This document shows, in pieces, positions 43,303-56,552 of a stretch of DNA of 64,000 nt. The notes beneath the pieces are model-generated. The model searched no databases. It was given only the letters and a program-made list of their open reading frames with translations, and had not been told where the DNA came from. The translations under genes were made by a program, and so were the position numbers. Source of the DNA: Vitrella brassicaformis CCMP3155 (lineage: Eukaryota; Protista; Chromerida). Numbering within the stretch: position 1 is the first letter of the stretch; each line of letters begins with the position of its first letter. The stretch lies in contig CDMY01000243.1 of assembly GCA_001179505.1 (NCBI GenBank), positions 124,001 to 188,000 on the forward strand. The letters are read 5' to 3'.

Positions 43303-46300
43303 TCATCTCTGGTACCCTCCCACACCACCACCACCACCACCGCCCCCCCTTTGCCACGGCGGCTGCTGACTCCACGGCGGGGGCGCCTTCCCCCTCTCAT
43401 CATGACCCCTACGCCCACCCTGGCCGCCCTGCATGAAGCCATACTGAACCCCAGAGGGATGGCCATATGGCGACGGCCCCCTTTCTGGCGCATACGGCTG
43501 TGTCGGCGGGGAGGCGTACGACCGCTGCTGATCCAGATGGTCGCCACCCCCTCCCCGATCGCTCGACCTTCTCCAGCCCCTCTCGCGCGACGAACGACCA
43601 ATATCCCTTGGGTAGCCTCCGAATGGCGACGGCCGTCGCTCCCACCGTGCTGCATCGGCCGGGGTGTAGATGTCCTCCGAGGGAGGTGGTGCCTGCCGAG
43701 CCCCGAACGAGAGATTGACTGCGAATGGGTCGACAGCCGGACTGGGGTAGGGAGCCGGGGACACGCGACGGGCAGCTCCACCACCTTGGTCGTAGGACGG
43801 TTGTGGTCCCATGCCGCCGAGGCCAGGGATAAGCGCCTGTGGCGCGGGGCTGGTGTATGGTGCGGCTGCGGCAGCAGCTGAAGGGAAATGCTGTGGCTGA
43901 GGGCTGGGAACAGACGGGGCACCCGCAGCAGTCGCAGTGTCCCCCGGCTGCAGGGGCAGGGACTTGGCCAGGGCCAGCAGGATGTCGAGAGGGTTGCTAC
44001 TGGACGAGTCCTCCTGCTCGCTCGGTGGCGGTGGTTGCGGCACCTGACCACCAGCGACACTCGACACTGCTGGTGGTGGGGGCGGGGGTGCTGGTGCTGG
44101 GGGTGCTGCAGGCGACGGTGACTTCCTCCTGGCCCGCTCCTCAAACATTGGCGGAGTCGGGATCTTCACACCTCCTCCAGGATGGTATACATCGTCCTCT
44201 ACCCGCCGCCTATCAGCCTCCACACCATTGACCGCCGACACGTCCATCATGACAGGGTCCTGGTCCACCAGACCATGGTCAAACTGGCGAGGGGCGCTCG
44301 ACGCGGCCGCGGCGGGCGGGGGCGGCGAAGGCGATGGCACGGGCGACCGGGGCGTCTCGTGTGGGAGGAAGGTGGTCTTGGGTTGCTCTGGCTCCCACAC
44401 CTTGCCCGAGAAGGAATCCACCCACCGAAACTGGCTGTCGGGCAGATCCAGCACGAAGGTCTGGGCGGCCTGATCCTGGGATGAGGAGCTCGCCTTGCGC
44501 CGGAGGTCGTCGTTGATGCCGCGGACGTGCCTTGCGAAACGGGTCCGGGTGAAGGCGGGGTAGGGGCGGCCCAAGCACCGCTCGCCGTCACGCCTGACCC
44601 CATGGATGGATGGATGGATGTGTGTGGGGGTGGGTGCTGCGGGTGGGATGGTGCTTACGTGAGAGCGGTTGGTATCTCTAGGACGCCGGTGACGGCGTGT
44701 CTGTTGAATGGCATGGAGGTGGGGAGATAGCGCTTGAGCCCTGACACGGGGGGAATGACCCACAGCTTCAGCTTGTGGCCCTTGCAGTCGCCCACAAAAG
44801 CAGCCACCTACATACGCACCCAACACACGCACACATACACACGTGGTGCGTCCCTCCCTCCCTCCCTCCCTCCCTCCATGTGTGTGTGTGTGTATGTCCA
44901 CCCACCCCACCTTGACTGTGTCGGTGAGGGCCTTGCTCTGCAGGTGTTGGAACTCCTGCGTGTTGAGGTGCTGCGGCGCCACCGTGCTCTTGACGTCAAC
45001 ATGTGGCGGCCGCAGCCAGTCCAAAAAGTCTTTGTGCTCCAGGCTCATCCACGGCCCCCCAACCGCCACCGCCACCAGGTCCCTCGCCTTGCTCTTGCAC
45101 CACCCGTCGCTCCGCCCCGGATGGATGAAATCCGCAAAGCGAGCAATCCCCATGGCACCGTCAAAAGTCAGCTTGCCCGCGCCCTCCAGCGCTGCCCGCA
45201 GCTCCGGCGGCCCCTCCTCGACAAGCGACACAATGCTCGCGGGGAATACGAGTGGCGGCCCCGCCCTCCCCCTGATATCCCTCTCCAGTGTGCCTCGCCA
45301 GACGATGGCCTCCGCGCCAGAACCCTCCTCACCCGCCGCACTCCCAATCGGGGTGCCGGGCGGCGAGAAGTTGGCGCGAGGGCTCTCAGGGCCAGCCAGG
45401 ATCTGACCCAAAAAGTCATCGCCGGGGCGGTCGACCTCCCCAATGCTGAAGTCGGGTGGCCCCTGGCCGCTTCCCTCAAACAGATCCAGAGGGTGCGATG
45501 GGATCCCCCGGCCGCCCGAGACGGCATCAAGGGCGGAGAGGAAGCTGCCCGATGCTTGTGGCTGGGCGAAGGTGTGAGCGAAGGGGCCGAATGAGAAGGA
45601 GGGGGGCGGTGCGAGCGGGGCGGCTGCCGCTGCGGCCGACTGCGATGCTTGTGCGAGGAGGCGCTCGACCTCACTCAGGCCCTTCTCGTGCAGATCTATC
45701 AGCTTCTCCTCGTAGGCTGACATGAATGACATCACACACAGCACAGCACAGCACAGCACAGGGGACGGTGGGTGAGAAGCCGTGTCGGGCCTTCCTTATC
45801 CTTACCTTTCATGTACTGCTTGGAGACCTTCCCGCCGGCCTCCTGGTAGAGCTCCTCCTCCAGCTGGCCGAGAGTCTTCTCGATGGCCACCATCTTGGCC
45901 GCCCCGATGAACAGCGACTGCGGCTGCATCTGCACAATAATCGCACGACGGATCGACTGCTCCACGCCCACACGCAGCGGGCCCTTGCTGTCGGGGCCCT
46001 CCTCTGTCGACGGCTGCTTCTTGAGGTCGAAGCGGATCTTGAGCAGCTTGCTGATGAGGTCCTCGCCGTCGGTGCTGCTCGGGGCCGCTGTGGCCGCCTC
46101 GTCGAGGTCTGCTGCGTCGATCTTCTGCGCGCGGAGGATCTCGCTGACGTCTTCCTGGATGCAGTTCCTGCCCGCTGGCGTCACGCGCTGCTTGACCTTC
46201 CCTGTTTTGGCGTCATAGACCACCACACCCTGCTCACACACGCAACACAAGACAACACACCAAGACAGGCAGGCAGCCACTTCCTTCCAGGGCCCGTTCG

Positions 46301-49300
46301 TTCCAGTTCGTGGAGGGAGGGGAGGGGACCTTGAGCAGTCTTCCGGTGGCACCAGCGGCGCTCCATGCGGATTTCTCGACGGAGAGGTTCTGCAGCTCCA
46401 CGTCTATGCGGACGTTGTGCTTCTTCTCGTGGATGCCCCGAAGCACCTCCATCTCGCGCGACACATTGACCAGGAAGCTGGCCATCGTGAGCCGACGCTT
46501 GCACCACCCGTCGATGCTCGTCTTGGCCTCGGAGAGGAAGATCTTGGCGGCCTGCAGCAGCTGCACGAGAAAGATGCTCTCGTTCCATGTGGACGGCACG
46601 CCGAAGCTGGTGGACAGGTCGTGGAGTTGCTGGAGGGTCTGCAGGCGGGGGCTGAGGGTGTCCATCACGGTCGCGTCGATCTTGTTGGCCGGCGTCCTGT
46701 CCACCATGTCCAAGCGGCGCTCTGACACCAAACACACCACACCACACCACACCACACAGTTGACAGACAGACAACACACAATGGGTGGAGGCGCCATGGA
46801 CTCACCCCACACACAGTCGTCATTGTGCATCACCTACCTGGTGTCATGAGGGACCGGATTGCCTGCCGCCAGGCCAGCCGCATGAAGGACCGACAGGTCT
46901 CCTCCAGACGGGCAGATATCGTCAAAGGACACCTCTGAGCGAACAACAAAGACAGACAGACAGACGGACGAACAGACAGGCAGACAGGCATCCACGTTTG
47001 TCTGTGACGTGTGTGGTCGCCCCGCCCCGGCCCGCTGACATACCACAATCCTGTTATAGAGGTCGAGCAGCGCCTGCAGGTCCTCCCGGCTGAGGCCCTC
47101 GCCATCGCCCCTGCTCAGCACCGATGTCTGTGACTCGATGAGGTCGTGCAGCTCGTCGTGCTGCTTGAGGTGTGTCCGCAGGCTCTCCTCTGCGGGGATC
47201 GACACGGTGATCTTGCGCAGGAACTTCTCGGTGGCCTCGACGGTCACGCGGGAGCCCTCCTTGCCCTTGGCCCGTTCTGACGCACCCTCCGCTGCCTGAC
47301 GCAGCAGCTTCTGGCCCTCGTCCTCAAGGATCTCAAGCTGCACTCACATGGTTTAGTGTTCGTCTCCCCTTATCACTGCACTGCCCCCCCACCACCCACC
47401 TGTTTGAGCAGGGTTTGTGTCCTGTCGACGAGTGTGTTGCTGACGAAGGTCTCGACCAGGCCCTGCAGCCGCTTCCTGCGCACGTCGAGGGCGCGGAAGC
47501 TCAGCAGCGACACGCCCTTGCGGCTGGCGGCCGACTCACGGTCGTTGAAGGCCGCTATCAGTATGTGCGCCTCGCGAGCCCACGCGTAAATGTCCTCCTG
47601 ACACACACACGCACACACACCCACATGTGGATGGATGGATGGACGCATCCCTCGATCTGTCACTCAACTCACCCGCAGCATCAGCAGGGACTCGCCAGCC
47701 GGGAACATGGCTCGGTGAGGGCTCTTGTGGAGCTTTTTGATGAGCTCCGACATCTGGCAGTGTCCCGCCTTGGTGCTCAAACCCATCAGGTCCGTCGGCA
47801 CCGCCACACGCGCCTGGAGCGACTGCAGGGTCTGCCCTGAGAGCAGCTGGGCCATGGCGGCCGCCTGCTGGATGCGCACCCGCACCTGCTGCACCTCCCA
47901 CGTGTTGAGCTGCGAGAAGCCCACCAGGCTACCGATCGTCCGCGGCCCGGTGTCATGATGCTCTGGCAGCATCATGCCCTCGTCGTCAACGGCGGCAGGC
48001 TTAGCGCGCTCGAACGCCTTGATGGCCTTGATGAAGGGGCTATCCTTGAGCCGCTCGAACTCGCCGGCAGCACCCTCCAGGCTCGATAAAGGCACCCACG
48101 GCTGCCGGTTGTCTGGGTCGGCGAGGGAGACATCCTGGTGCTCGACGCGCCACAGCAGCACCTTCAGAGGCAGCAGCAGGCTCTCCGGCGCCTTCCAGCT
48201 GCCACGCTGCCTCGCCAGGTCTGCCCGACCGATGAGCGAGCGGAGCGCCGTCAGCCGCATGTTGGTTGCCCCTTCCTTTAGGCTGTACCACCGGGGCGAT
48301 GCCTGTGAAGCCAACACCATGAGCAGGCCGCAGCTGACAGCGAGGTAGTCGATGTCGGCCGATGGCGTCTCAAAGCCGACCCGTATGATGAGCGAGGCAA
48401 GGTGGATGGAGAGCAGGCAGACGCCCTCGATGCGGGCCGTCCAGGGGGGCGTGTTGTCCGGGGAGCGGCCGAAGTCGAAGTACTTGAAGAAGCCCTGCTG
48501 CTCGATCTGCTGGAGGAGGGGCTGGCTGGCGATGGCGGTGGCCATGATGTGCTGCAGGACGTCGTTGAAGAAGTCCATTACCGCCTGCATCCACTGCACG
48601 AGCGACTCGCCGTGCAGCTCGAGCGACTCGCCCTGGCAGGCCACCTCCTGTGTGCTGCGGTCGGGGGCTGCTGCTGCTGGTGGGAGGGGAGTGCCGAAGA
48701 CGAGAGGGCGGACCTCACTCCGCCACACGTGGAGCCTCTTGTAGAACTGGAAGATGGAATAGGGGGCACTGCTGCGGCACCTGGTGGCGAACTGGTTGCA
48801 GGCATCGACCTGCCGGCGGATCTCGTTGAGCACCCAACACCACGTCTGACGCCGGCTGGGCTTCCCATCACCGCCAGCCGACCCCCCGGCACCGCCACCC
48901 TTGCCCTTGATCGACACGCCCGTCTGCACCGCCGTTGCCGCCGCACCCTCCCTCTTGACCTCTTGCTTCTCGGCCTTCTGCTGCTTGGGGGGCCGCTTGG
49001 GGACAGCTGGCTTCTCGTCACCCTCCTCCATTTTCACCGTCACCCTGGCCGCCTTGGACGGTGCTGCTGCTGCTGCTGCTGGCTCGGCCTTGACTTTGCC
49101 GTCAGTGGCGGCTTGCTGTGGTTTCTTGATGCGGCCGCCCTGAGTGGTGGGAGTTGGCTTGGGTGTGGTGGGTGAGGGCTCCTTGACGATGTCGGTCATC
49201 TGTGGGAAAGCGGTGTCGAAGTCCTGCATGACCTTGGTCAGCGACACCAGGGACCGACACAAGAGCGCTTCAATGGCACTGAATGAATGATTGACCGATA

Positions 49301-52300
49301 CGATACACACACAGGCAGGCAGGCAGGCAGGCAGGCCAGCCAGGGGGGCAAGGGATCATCCCAAATCAATCAGTCGGTGGTGTGTGGCTGGGCTGGGCTG
49401 GTGTATTGCCTTGCCTTGCCCACCTACCCACCTAGAGAACCATTCGAGGGCCACTAGAAGGCTGCGGTGTAGGCCGCTCTCCTCTGTCCGATGGCACAAG
49501 GGCGGCACCGGCTTCTGCTCCATGTCCGCCTTGAAGGCAGCCACTCTCCTCTGTAGCTCACGCAGCCCTTCCTCCTCCTCCCTCTGCTCGTCTGACGCAC
49601 CAACATCACCCCCGCCACCACCGTCACCACCAGTAGTCACATCCATCGGCTGTGCATCCCTCAATGCGGCCGAAACTAGGCTGGAAAAGCCGTGCAGTGA
49701 CTTGGCAATCAAGGGCTTGACCTCGCCCTCCAGATCAGACGACGCCAGCTGCCGCAGGGGGGACGTAGGTGAGGCCGTCGTCACAAAGAAGATGGGGGAG
49801 GGCTCCGACTGCGACAGGGAGTCTGCCGATGGCCCCTGCTGGCTGGCGACCACCCACTGCATGGCCGCCTGGTCCGACAGCTCCTGCGCACCCGCCTTGA
49901 GCCGGCCCGCCACGCGCGCACCCGCCCCCTCAGGCTTCCACAGCAGGGGCTGCATCGCCACTGCCTCACGGACACTCTGCTGCCAGCTGGTGCAACGGTC
50001 ATACCGACCCCTCAGGTCCTCGTAAAGGGCGGCATCGGGCGAGTCGTTTGCAGGGGGTGCCGGTAGCTCCTCGAGGGCCGTTTTGAGGAGGCTGACGGCG
50101 TCGACCTTGTCGCTCGGCTGCTCTGTTTCCATGTCGAGGATGCCCTTGAGCGACTGTGCGCGGAGGCCCCAGCTGCGGCGCTTGAGGACCTTCTGCACGT
50201 AGTGCTCCATCGAGCCGGAGGGGATGAGCTTCTGGATGGCGTCGGTGAGCTTGGGGATGAGGTCCTCGAGCACCTCCAGACATTCGCCGTCGGTCAGATG
50301 GCTCAGTAGGTCGCCCTCGGCTTCTGCGGCAGTGCCCGCCGCTGTTGCCATGGTGGTGTCCTGGTAGGAGGCGTCCCACTGCGGAATGCGCGGCCACAGG
50401 GTGTGCAGGAACACAAACCTGCATCCACACACACACATACATACACAGACAGACAGACAGACAGAGCCATCCTTCCCTGTGCCCATCTTCGTTCGTGTGT
50501 TGGTTGAGGTGCCCCCGCCCACCCACCATCCCACCGACCTCATGAGAATGCGTGTGATGAAGGCCTCCTCGTCCGCCCTCTGCAGCATGAAGAACGGCGG
50601 GGTGATGTCGAAGCTGTGCAGCTGCCCCGACTGCAGCAGGCTGTCCGGCAAATGCGGCAGCAGCAGCCGCACCAGCTCCTGCGGCCCGCGGCAGGCCAGC
50701 AAGAGAATGGACTTGAGGAAGGCCTCGTCGAGTTTGAGGCGGATGCAGCAGTTGCGGACGATGAGCGGGTCGGACTGCATGAGGTAGTGCGTGAGCACCC
50801 TCAGGCACTCGACCACCTGGCCGCGGGGAGTTTCGGCATCGGCCGCTGCGGTGGCTCCGGCGCCGCCTGTGTGCCAGTAAGGCTCGTCGGGGTGGGCCTG
50901 AGGAGGGAAGAGGGAGAGGGGGGCGAGACATTCCATCCATCCGGTCAATCCAGTGTGCGCTAGCGGAGAGTGAATGGGTGGGTGCACTCCTCTTCTCTCT
51001 CTGACCTCTTCTGTAATCATTTCCTGGCCCTCATCCACCTGAAGGCACACAGGGACGGGGTGAAGCGATGCACACACACATATAGACACAGACACAGACA
51101 CAGACTACTCACCTGGAAGTCGACAGCCTGCGCGAGTAGGTCGTCCATTCTCGCCGTGTCTTGGTGGTAGTCGACCACCCTGATCTCCGACACCACCCGT
51201 GACGCCCGCATAAACGGCTGTGGCAGCGCTGCGTGGACGGCCGGCGGCATGGGGGGTGGCTGGTGGCTCGGGTAGAAGTCGCCGCCCGTCTCGCTGCCGT
51301 CGAGCAGGGTGGGGTCGGCCAGGAGGGCCTCGACGGCTGCACGCCACAGCCGGTAGTGGTGCAGACGGGCAGACACTCCCTGCACCAGCGACGCCAGCCT
51401 GCAGGGCAGGAGACGGGCGGGAGACATGCAGCTCTTGTTTCTGTGTCTCTGTGCGTGTGTGTGTGTGTGTGTGTCGGTCGGTCGGCCGGCCGGTGGCTGG
51501 GTAGGAACCTTTCGGTGCCGTATTGGTTGGCCTTCTTGAGGTAGACCTCGATCCTCTCCACGTCAGGCCACCTTCAGACAGACAGACAGACAGACGAGCC
51601 GTAAATTGTCCGTGCACCGATGTGTGTGCGTGTCTCTCGGCCCCGCTTCTCTCTGTGAGTGGGTGTTTACCGACCGGTGTGCGTCGCCGCCCTGGGGGCC
51701 TTTGCTGTCTGTGATAAAGGGTCCTTTGAGGTTGATGACGTTGTGGATGTGCTGCTCGAGGTCCTGCATGTCCTTCATCTTTCGTTCGATCCGTGCCCGC
51801 AGGTTCTCTTGCGGCAGGAAGGGCAGAGACGCGTGAGATCTGATGGATACACAGATATGGTCCACCCATCACACACACACACACAGCGCACACAGTACAC
51901 CACCAGTGAGAGCGATTTGGTAAATAAGTAAATAAACACTCACGCAGTACAGAACGTGCAATCACAGACACAGACACAGACACAGATCAGATAGATCAGG
52001 TTACGAGCCGATCCAGCAGTTTCGGCCTAGCTAAGTACTTTCCGCGGCGGGCGGCTCGATGGCCAGATTCACTTTGTTGGCAGTCGCAGGCAGTCGCATT
52101 CAAAAGCCTTTCCGTCCCTCTCACTATGCACCGCACCGCAGCGCAAGCAGCTCTACTTTGGTTCGAGCAGTCCATCCACCACCACCACCACCACGACCAT
52201 AATTCAGTATTACGAAGTAGTAGTAAACACACCTTTCGAGTTTCTCGATGGCGGCGTCGTCAATGACCGTCTCGGGGTCGTCCAGCTTGCGCAGCTCCCC

Positions 52301-55300
52301 CTCCCACGCCTCACACCGCCGGATCAGGTTCTCCATAGCGATCAGCTGCCGCAAAGGCAGACCGAACGACTTGCCCCTCTTGAGGTGGAGCCGCGCCTCC
52401 TGAAGGGTGGGAGCCGCCTTGGCGGGGTCGCCACTTGGCTTGATACCCCGGAGGGCGAGAGCGCGCCGCTCCTCGACCTCTCTGAAGAGCTTCTCGGTGT
52501 CCTTGATCCACGCGTCGGCGTTCTTGACTTTCTGCCGGATGGCTACGAGGGCCTTGGAGGTGAAGGGGACGTTGGCCAAGTGAGACGCCCAGATGCGGAG
52601 AGCCTGAAGGGACAGAGAGAGGAGAGGGGTCGGTGTGGATGGATGTGAGTGGGTGTGTGTATGTGTGTGCGTGCCTGCAGGTCGCCTGCTGGTATGGACG
52701 CGGTGAAGTTGTTGGCCTGGGCCCTCTTCTGCTGCAGGTAATCCAGGTGCGGCACCGCACCAGCCGGCAGTGTCTTGGCCTCCTGCACACACACACACAC
52801 ACACACACACATGCCTCCCTCCACCAACCCAATCCTGCCCTGCATTCTCCATTTGTCCGTCCGTCCATCCGTCGCACGCACCTCCATGAGCTCTTCGATC
52901 TCGTCGATGGAAGGCTTGGGGGAGCACTTGAGCTGCTCTGCCTTGGCGAAGGCCGCCTCGACACGCTCCATCAGACGACGGACCACTGCCAGATTGGGGT
53001 TCTTGCCCTGAGCCAACTCGATGCTCTGAATGACACACAATAAGCCCACACCACACCGATGCGATCGATGTGTGTCGGTCGGTCGGTTGCGTGTCTGTCT
53101 GTTTCGCTACGTACGTCCTCGGCCTCCTCGTGGATGAGGTAGAGCTGCTCCATAGTGATGGCGCTCCCCTCGCCCTTGGCCAGCTGCGGGTACTTCATCT
53201 CAAACACCTTGGCACGCAGCCGACGGCGCAGCACCACCGCCTCGTTGAGGTGCCGCTGCAGACGCCCCTGCGCTGGAGCCAGCAGCAGCTTCTCGCACTC
53301 GGCGGCGTCTTGCGCCTTCAAAGCGTTGTCCGCTGCAGTGATCCACCTGCATGCACCAGATAGATGAGCGCACACCACACACGAGCCTCGTGTGTGCGCG
53401 GTGGATTGTGGATGGCGTGGGTGTGTGGGTGTCTTGCTTACGCTCTGCATCTCTCCCAGGCCTGGTTGAGCCGCACGACGCACCGCAGCCTGACGGGCAG
53501 CCGCCTCACCCCCGACAGCAGCTCCTCTAGCAGCTTGATGGAGCACAAAGCCTGCACACCCGAACCACCACCACCCTGCTGCAGCTGCTGGGAGGTGTTG
53601 GTCGACCTGATGCCCCCAGAACTCAGCCCAGAAGACGACCGCATCGGCGCGTCGGTCGACGACCGTGTGGCAGGCCTCATTGCCGGCTTGGGGGCCGCTG
53701 GCCTGGGCGGCGGTGCCTTTGAAAGGGACAGGGGCGGCCGGGGGGGCAGGCCGTCCTTCCTCTTCACCCCCATGCCCATGCCCTCGCCCGCCGGCTTCTT
53801 GACGTGAGGCGCGCCGGGCCGCTGCGGGTGGTCCTTGTCGATGGGCTTAATGACCTTCTTGGCCCCCACAGGACCGCCTCCAGGCATCAGCGGCCTGCCC
53901 TTGCCGTCACCACCCACTGGCGGCCGCTTGGCTGCGGTGGTCGATGCCGCTGATGATGCCATAGATGGGGGCTTCTTGAGCGGCGCCGACGTGGCTGCGC
54001 TGGCACTTGCGGGTTTCTGCTTCTTGGCGGATTGGGAGCTGCCCGAGTCGGATGGTGCGGGGGGCCGCTTGGCGCCCCGAGCCGATGAGGGGCCGCCGGC
54101 GTCTGAGCCGCCGTCGGCCGTGGATGGTGACGGTCTCGGGGGCTCAGGTGATGGTGCGGGTGGTGGGGCTGCGAAGATGCTGTCAATGATCTCCTGCGGC
54201 GTCTCGTCGATGCGGAGGATGGTCTCGGTCCTGAATGAATCAAACAAACACCCACACAGACACACAACGGACACATGACATGAGTGTGGGTGCCACTCAT
54301 GTCATCCGTCCATCCCATCCACCCATTCATTAAATTCACTGCTTACCGCATGTTCCACATGGCGGCGAGGAGCAGCACGTCGGGTGTGAACATGGGCTGG
54401 GTGTGGGGGCAGATGACGGTGGCGCCGGTGCCCTGCCCCACCTCCTGCAGCGTGGTCCATGCCGTCTTGAGCACCTCGGTGGGCCCCTCCACCCACTCGC
54501 GATCGAGGTCAGCGAGGAAGCGCCGCTGCCGTGTGCACCGCCGGCACTGGTACACCTCCATGTCCGCCGCACGGTCCTCAGACAAACCCACACAACGACC
54601 GTGCAGCCAATCACTGAGTCAGTGATATATTGGCAGAGGGGGAAACAAAGAGAGAGAGAGAGAGTGTCGCTCTGTGTTCTGGGGNNNNNNNNNNNNNNNN
54701 NNNNNNNNNNNNNNNNNNNNNNNNNNNNNNNNNNNNNNNNNNNNNNNNNNNNNNNNNNNNNNNNNNNNNNNNNNNNNNNNNNNNNNNNNNNNNNNNNNNN
54801 NNNNNNNNNNNNNNNNNNNNNNNNNNNNNNNNNNNNNNNNNNNNNNNNNNNNNNNNNNNNNNNNNNNNNNNNNNNNNNNNNNNNNNNNNNNNNNNNNNNN
54901 NNNNNNNNNNNNNNNNNNNNNNNNNNNNNNNNNNNNNNNNNNNNNNNNNNNNNNNNNNNNNNNNNNNNNNNNNNNNNNNNNNNNGGGAGGGGTATGTATG
55001 TGTGTGTGTCCGTGCGTGCCGACCCGCAGACGTCGCATCCGATCATGAATTTGTCCTCGGAGTAAGGCTGTCGGCAAATGCAGTAGAGGGGCGGGGGGGC
55101 GTGCTTGTCGCACCAGTAAGTGGGCACCGCCCAGTGCAGGTCCCTCAGCGACTTGACCACCTTGCCATCCTCCTTCTCTCTCTTATCTCTCTTATTCCTC
55201 CCGCCCTGCCCTTCCTCCCCGTCGGCCTCGCTCTCGTCTTCGCTGTCGCTGTCCTCCATGAGCGGACTCCTCTTGGCCACCAGCCGCTGCTGCTCCTCGA

Positions 55301-56193
55301 TCTGGTCCAGCTCGGCCTTCTGCTTCAGCTGGCGAATCGCCAGGTTGAACCGCCGCGAGTGCTGCGGGTTGCTCGACTTGGCCGCCGCACGAGCCGCACA
55401 CACCACATGGGCCCGCCGGGCGCAGTCCTCCTCACAGCAGGGGAGGGTGCGGCCGCCAGCCTTGCCGCAGATGTGGCACGACACGCTGCTGCCCGGATCG
55501 GGGCGGGGAGTGAGGGGGCAGACCTGGTCCTGCCGGCTGCCACCAGCCGGGGAAGTGGTGGCTGTGTTGTTGTCCTCCATGTAAACGGGCCCCTGCTGGC
55601 CCGGCTCGGCGATGATGTCTATGTTGGTCATGGAACGGAGATCTTTCACCCAGGCCGTGTCGGGGAAGCAGAGGGCGCACAGCAAATGCACCCACACGCC
55701 GTTGTTGGCCTGCTTCAGCGCCCCCTCGCTGCTGCCGCACAGGTAGCACGGCGGCCGGGGTTTTTGGGCGTCTTGCTGATGGTCGACGTTCGAGACACGG
55801 CAGAAGTCGCAGATAAACGAGTCTGAGGGCGTCTTGCTGGCCACGCCGTAGCACCGTCGATGGACGGTCAGCTTGCAGCGGCGGCAAACCACCATCTGGT
55901 CGCCCTGCAGCCGATAAAACTCAGGCTTCTCGGTCTGCATCAACGAAGCAGAAGCAGCACAGCACATGCAGGGAACACACACGGGGAAGGAGTGAGATGA
56001 CAAAGAAAAGAGATGCATGCCAGCCAGTGGTCAGCGGCGCATCTCTCTCGTCCCCCCCGGATTGTGTTGTGTGTGAGGGTTGGTTGGTTTTGACTGGGGG
56101 GAGATGGCAGTGAGTGCCTGTGCTTACGTTAAAGCACACATCGCAGCGTCGTTCGGGGTCCTCCGGACCCAGTATGGCATCAATGTCCATCAT
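43303..56193 (-). CDS. Very large nuclear protein: PHD plus extended PHD (PZP), H3K4me3-type PHD, PLU-1-like helical repeats, TFIIS-central-like domain, SPOC-like domain and Pro-rich tail; more than 20 exons
   Basis: RRCDVCFN|..VVCRRCKLTVHRRCYGV..FICDFC; PPCYLCG..GALKQANNGVWVHLLCA..CHICGKAGGRTLPCCEEDCARRAHVVCA; LYCICRQPYSEDKFMIGCDVC|GDWLHGRCVG..YQCRRC; repeated LEELL..LP..L...W helices; QLEEELYQEAGGKVSKQYMK|AYEEKL; IVWRGTL..LTFDG..LKLWVIPP. In-frame exon chain followed by hand. Confidence 0.75.
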
Positions 56194-56552
56194 CTCTATG
56201 ACGTGCCTAGGCAGGCACTGCCAGGCAACCAGCCTCAATCAGGCAGGGCTGTGGTAAGGTAAGCACGCAGCCACACAGCACGCTACGCCACCCACTCTCC
56301 TCACTCCTCCTTCCTGCTACTGCTCCTTCTTCCTCTTCGGCACCACGTCGTCTTGTCCAACTCCCGCCACGCTGTGCCACTTCACTTGGAGCTGTCAAGG
56401 CTCAGCCAGCATCCTCGTGTCGACGTCTCTTCAACCTACGCATGCATCTTGCCCCTGCGGCTCCTTTTCATCGCGCGAGAGTCTGCGAGCTTAGCCGACA
56501 AAGCTCGCCTCCGGGAACCGCCCGCCAAGCTGCTGAGGAAAGTGATTTAGCG

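Larger units (their letters stand above)
1397..54984. other. Seven 300-nt N scaffold gaps: 1397-1696, 4695-4994, 10520-10819, 23033-23332, 30912-31211, 34658-34957, 54685-54984
   Basis: Fixed-length N runs indicate placeholder gaps. Most abut poly-G or poly-C tracts. Confidence 0.97.

Noticed and set aside
1153-55113. ORF-track entries containing long X runs
   Set aside because: Artefacts of translating through 300-nt N gaps.
43303-56193. Calling the giant gene a KDM5/JARID1 demethylase because of its PLU-1-like repeats and PHDs
   Set aside because: No JmjN, ARID or JmjC motifs were found in any exon.
2455-56480. TCTCGCGC/GCGCGAGA motif in three divergent spacers (~2460, ~7416, ~56472)
   Set aside because: It also occurs inside coding sequence (~43580, ~46392) and is expected by chance at this GC content. 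No enrichment can be shown by eye.
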